IMG/VR virus record: IMGVR_UViG_3300033998_000198
Location: 67,935-131,934 of that record
Source of the DNA: a virus
DNA length: 64,000 nucleotides
Direction: 5' to 3' (one strand)
Shown here piece by piece: positions 63,931-64,000 of the stretch. Each line of letters opens with the position of its first letter. Within the stretch, counting starts at the first letter, position 1. Under the pieces are notes generated by a model, which made no database searches, had not been told where the DNA came from, and was given only the letters and a program-made list of their open reading frames with translations. The position numbers and the translations under genes were made by a program.

Positions 63931-64000
63931 TTCCCTCCTTTCCCATAATAATGTTTTTCTTTTACTCAATAGTTGTAAATCTTTGTAACTTGCTGACCTG

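Noticed and set aside
1-64000. Genome-wide TAG or TGA reassignment
   Set aside because: Many genes end in TAG (12417, 14955) or in ATGA-coupled TGA (18025, 18612, 22530), and the long ORFs are intact in code 11. In-frame stops occur only in small or decayed frames.

Overview
The window is part of a large, low-GC (Bacillota-type) phage or prophage genome. The + strand (1-28.9 kb) carries a virion-morphogenesis operon: a 4,110-aa giant protein, then several paralogous tail/baseplate-like proteins and a secreted protein. The - strand (28.9-64 kb) carries tRNA-Trp, a ~400-nt structured-RNA candidate, and genes for replication, recombination and nucleotide metabolism. These include dCMP deaminase, a sigma factor, RuvC, a Cas4/RecB-like nuclease, ThyX, a DnaB-like helicase, an AEP primase, HU, class II RNR, NAD-dependent ligase, DnaG and a split SbcCD. 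The most striking feature is a family of IS607-like TnpB/omegaRNA elements, two with tnpB plus a divergent RHH gene and two RNA-only minis. All four sit directly after the GGAGG Shine-Dalgarno of a gene, so every predicted guide spans that gene's start codon; one mini is nested in the RBS of tnpB itself. An IS605-type TnpB with a rearranged RuvC site and several tiny IS605 hairpin remnants are also present. All functional calls come from motif recognition and recall; no database searches were run.
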